From contig PABJ01000026.1 of assembly GCA_002699105.1 (NCBI GenBank), positions 1 through 51,095 of the forward strand: 51,095 nucleotides of DNA, in the 5' to 3' direction. This DNA comes from Ectothiorhodospiraceae bacterium (lineage in GTDB: Bacteria > Bacteroidota > Ignavibacteria > SZUA-365 > GCA-2699105). Below, piece by piece: positions 49,549 through 51,095 of the stretch. The first letter of the stretch is position 1; each line of letters begins with the position of its first letter. The translations under genes were made by a program, and so were the position numbers. Below the pieces are notes generated by a model. It saw only the letters and a program-made list of their open reading frames with translations, had not been told where the DNA came from and did no database searches.

Positions 49549-49585
49549 CGCTTTCCACTTTCCAATTTCCCCTTTCCACTTTCAT
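49549..49585 (-). repeat. Purine-rich GGA-repeat tract abutting a stop codon
   Basis: The minus strand reads TAA ATGAAAGTGGAAAGGGGAAATTGGAAAGTGGAAAGCG. Confidence 0.75.
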
Positions 49586-51094
49586 TTACCAGTCTCCGGA
49601 CTCTGCGGTGAATGATGTACTGTGGTTTCGGAAATCGAAGCGCTTGCCGGTAATCCACCACCTCTTGCCGTCCCATGTTATATACTGGCCGATCTCGTGC
49701 AGAGGTGCTGCAGGATCGTGTTTAATGCCCGGCACGGTAATATCAAGACCGCGCATACGGCGGCGGTAGATGCCGAGGGGCGTGCTGTTCGTGCCTGTCG
49801 TCGGCACACCGACATTGAACCAGTAGTGCGCCATGGCCTCCGCCATCACCATGCCGGCATAGTCGTGATCGTAGTCGCGGCTGAAAATATGGCTGTTCGC
49901 AAACAGCCCTGAGCCGGTGTTCCCGTCCGTGCGGACCTTAATCTTGTATATACTGTATATCCGGTCGTTGGCAGCGTCGTAGTACCAGAGGGAGCCGAGG
50001 AAGGCGCTGTAATCGTCGCAGCGGCCGGGTTCCGCACCGGCAGGATCGTGGCGCCATTGGTAGCAGTTCGGGATGCGGTTCGCAGTTGTGAAATGCGTTA
50101 GCATCGGGATGCTGCCGTCCCCGGCCGAGAACGTCACCAGATCGCCCACGCCTGTTTGCCGCACCTTGATGCCGTAGAGTCCGCGCAGCGCGGGGTTGAG
50201 TCCGGCGGGAGTAAGCCATTCGGTGTAGGTGTTCGATGTATAGTCCTGGATTTCGCGGTATTCAAGATAGCGGTCGCCGGAAGAATCCAGTCGCATGCGG
50301 GCGATCATCCCGAACGGCAGCAGGATATGCTTCAGCATTTCCAGGACGGAGCCTGCGTTGTAGAAGCTGATCTCGCTCTGCCCGCTGGAATCGAAGAAGC
50401 CGTGGTCCTGGATGACAGGATTCACGCCGTCATCGACCTTGCTGATGATGGCGAGGTCTTCGAAATCCGCTTCCTGATCCGCGCTGCCGTCGTAATAGAC
50501 GAACTTCCATGTGTGCGCAGGCGCGGAGCCGAGGTTTGCACTGCCCGTCACACCGATAGCGTTACTCAACGCCTGCAGTATATCGGTCAGCCGCATTATA
50601 TATAGATGATCCTTCGTGTACGAGCGCCACCCGAGCCGTGCGGGATCGCTGTAGACGTCGATGTCGAGCTTCTGCAGCGCGGTGGAATGCGCCGTGCCGC
50701 CATCGCTCCAGCTGATATACACACCGCCGGAAACAGATTTCGAATACGAGGCGTGCGTCAGGAAGCTCCCGAATGCATCCAGCGATGTAGGCTTCTCCTC
50801 CATTTGCAGGATGGTATCGACGGCGGTGAACTTCACGCTCCATGTGTCGGGGTCGGAGTCGTTCTGCATCTCGACTTCCGTATCCTCGGCGTCGATCACG
50901 CCCTGCCAGAGATAGCTGTACGATCCGCCGGCGGGTTTGTAGGAGAGGCGCACATGCCAGGCCGAGAACAGCGGATCGTCGTCGAACAGCACGTTGCTCA
51001 TCCGCGTGCTGCCCGCGAACGCCGTGTTGACGCATTCGAACGAGACGTTATCCGCACCGAAGGCGCCGAGCTCCGGCTCCGCGTTGAAGTCCAC
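49586..51094 (-). CDS. Large hypothetical protein, probably 5'-truncated by the window edge
   Basis: The reading frame is open for at least 502 aa up to the last full codon of the window (GTG at 51094). No signal peptide is visible and I recognise no family. The C-terminus reads ..WDGKRWWITGKRFDFRNHSTSFTAESGDW. Confidence 0.6.
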   Translation of the reverse strand: MDFNAEPELGAFGADNVSFECVNTAFAGSTRMSNVLFDDDPLFSAWHVRLSYKPAGGSYSYLWQGVIDAEDTEVEMQNDSDPDTWSVKFTAVDTILQMEEKPTSLDAFGSFLTHASYSKSVSGGVYISWSDGGTAHSTALQKLDIDVYSDPARLGWRSYTKDHLYIMRLTDILQALSNAIGVTGSANLGSAPAHTWKFVYYDGSADQEADFEDLAIISKVDDGVNPVIQDHGFFDSSGQSEISFYNAGSVLEMLKHILLPFGMIARMRLDSSGDRYLEYREIQDYTSNTYTEWLTPAGLNPALRGLYGIKVRQTGVGDLVTFSAGDGSIPMLTHFTTANRIPNCYQWRHDPAGAEPGRCDDYSAFLGSLWYYDAANDRIYSIYKIKVRTDGNTGSGLFANSHIFSRDYDHDYAGMVMAEAMAHYWFNVGVPTTGTNSTPLGIYRRRMRGLDITVPGIKHDPAAPLHEIGQYITWDGKRWWITGKRFDFRNHSTSFTAESGDW

Positions 51095-51095
51095 C

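Noticed and set aside
48641-51094. Calling the three signal-peptide-less genes a prophage tail module.
   Set aside because: I could recognise no portal, terminase, capsid, tape-measure, integrase or lysis motif. The idea is kept only as one hypothesis in the findings.

Overview
This 51,095-bp bacterial window is gene-dense. I call about 49 protein genes and recognise no rRNA, tRNA, CRISPR array, transposase or integrase. All functional calls come from motif recognition by eye; no database search, folding or alignment program was available.

Composition and likely origin: background GC is high, about 58-67% in hand counts on sample 60-nt lines. Several blocks are lower, about 37-50%. T9SS-type C-terminal sorting domains, Cys-Ser-Asp-Asp lipoprotein N-termini and clear Shine-Dalgarno sites suggest an FCB-group-like organism. 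I cannot place it further without a search.

Gene order:
- DUF559 endonuclease
- two LVIVD-propeller T9SS cargo paralogs
- iorAB
- a low-GC McrBC type IV restriction islet with a convergent PD-(D/E)xK gene, and a nearby ImmA/IrrE protease with no HTH partner
- a secreted-protein and lipoprotein operon
- three tandem beta-propeller lipoprotein paralogs bracketed by two related repeat mosaics of about 0.85 kb
- a DoxX/DUF417-like membrane protein, LtrA and an alginate-export-type porin
- a plus-strand gene set of about 12 kb unusually rich in NTF2/SnoaL-fold proteins (8 domains in 6 genes), with a TPP enzyme, NmrA, a GMC oxidoreductase, two DJ-1/PfpI proteins, a VOC protein and an embedded OprB-type porin
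- an AGE-family / STAS / GlgX / STAS / RsbW-like kinase cluster
- a Fic gene behind a duplicated leader
- a glycan-modification cassette
- an operon of small secreted proteins of unknown function that runs off the window edge

The most striking non-genic structure is a shared vocabulary of short GC-rich hairpin modules. They fill nearly every long intergenic spacer and account for most of the spurious ORFs in the track. Two module families show compensatory stem substitutions.

Candidates for something undescribed, in my order of preference:
1. The porin-linked NTF2-rich operon together with the adjacent phosphatase-less partner-switching/GlgX cluster.
2. The repeat-mosaic-bracketed lipoprotein array and the module system itself.
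3. The McrBC-linked PD-(D/E)xK gene and the orphan ImmA.
4. The terminal operon of small secreted proteins.
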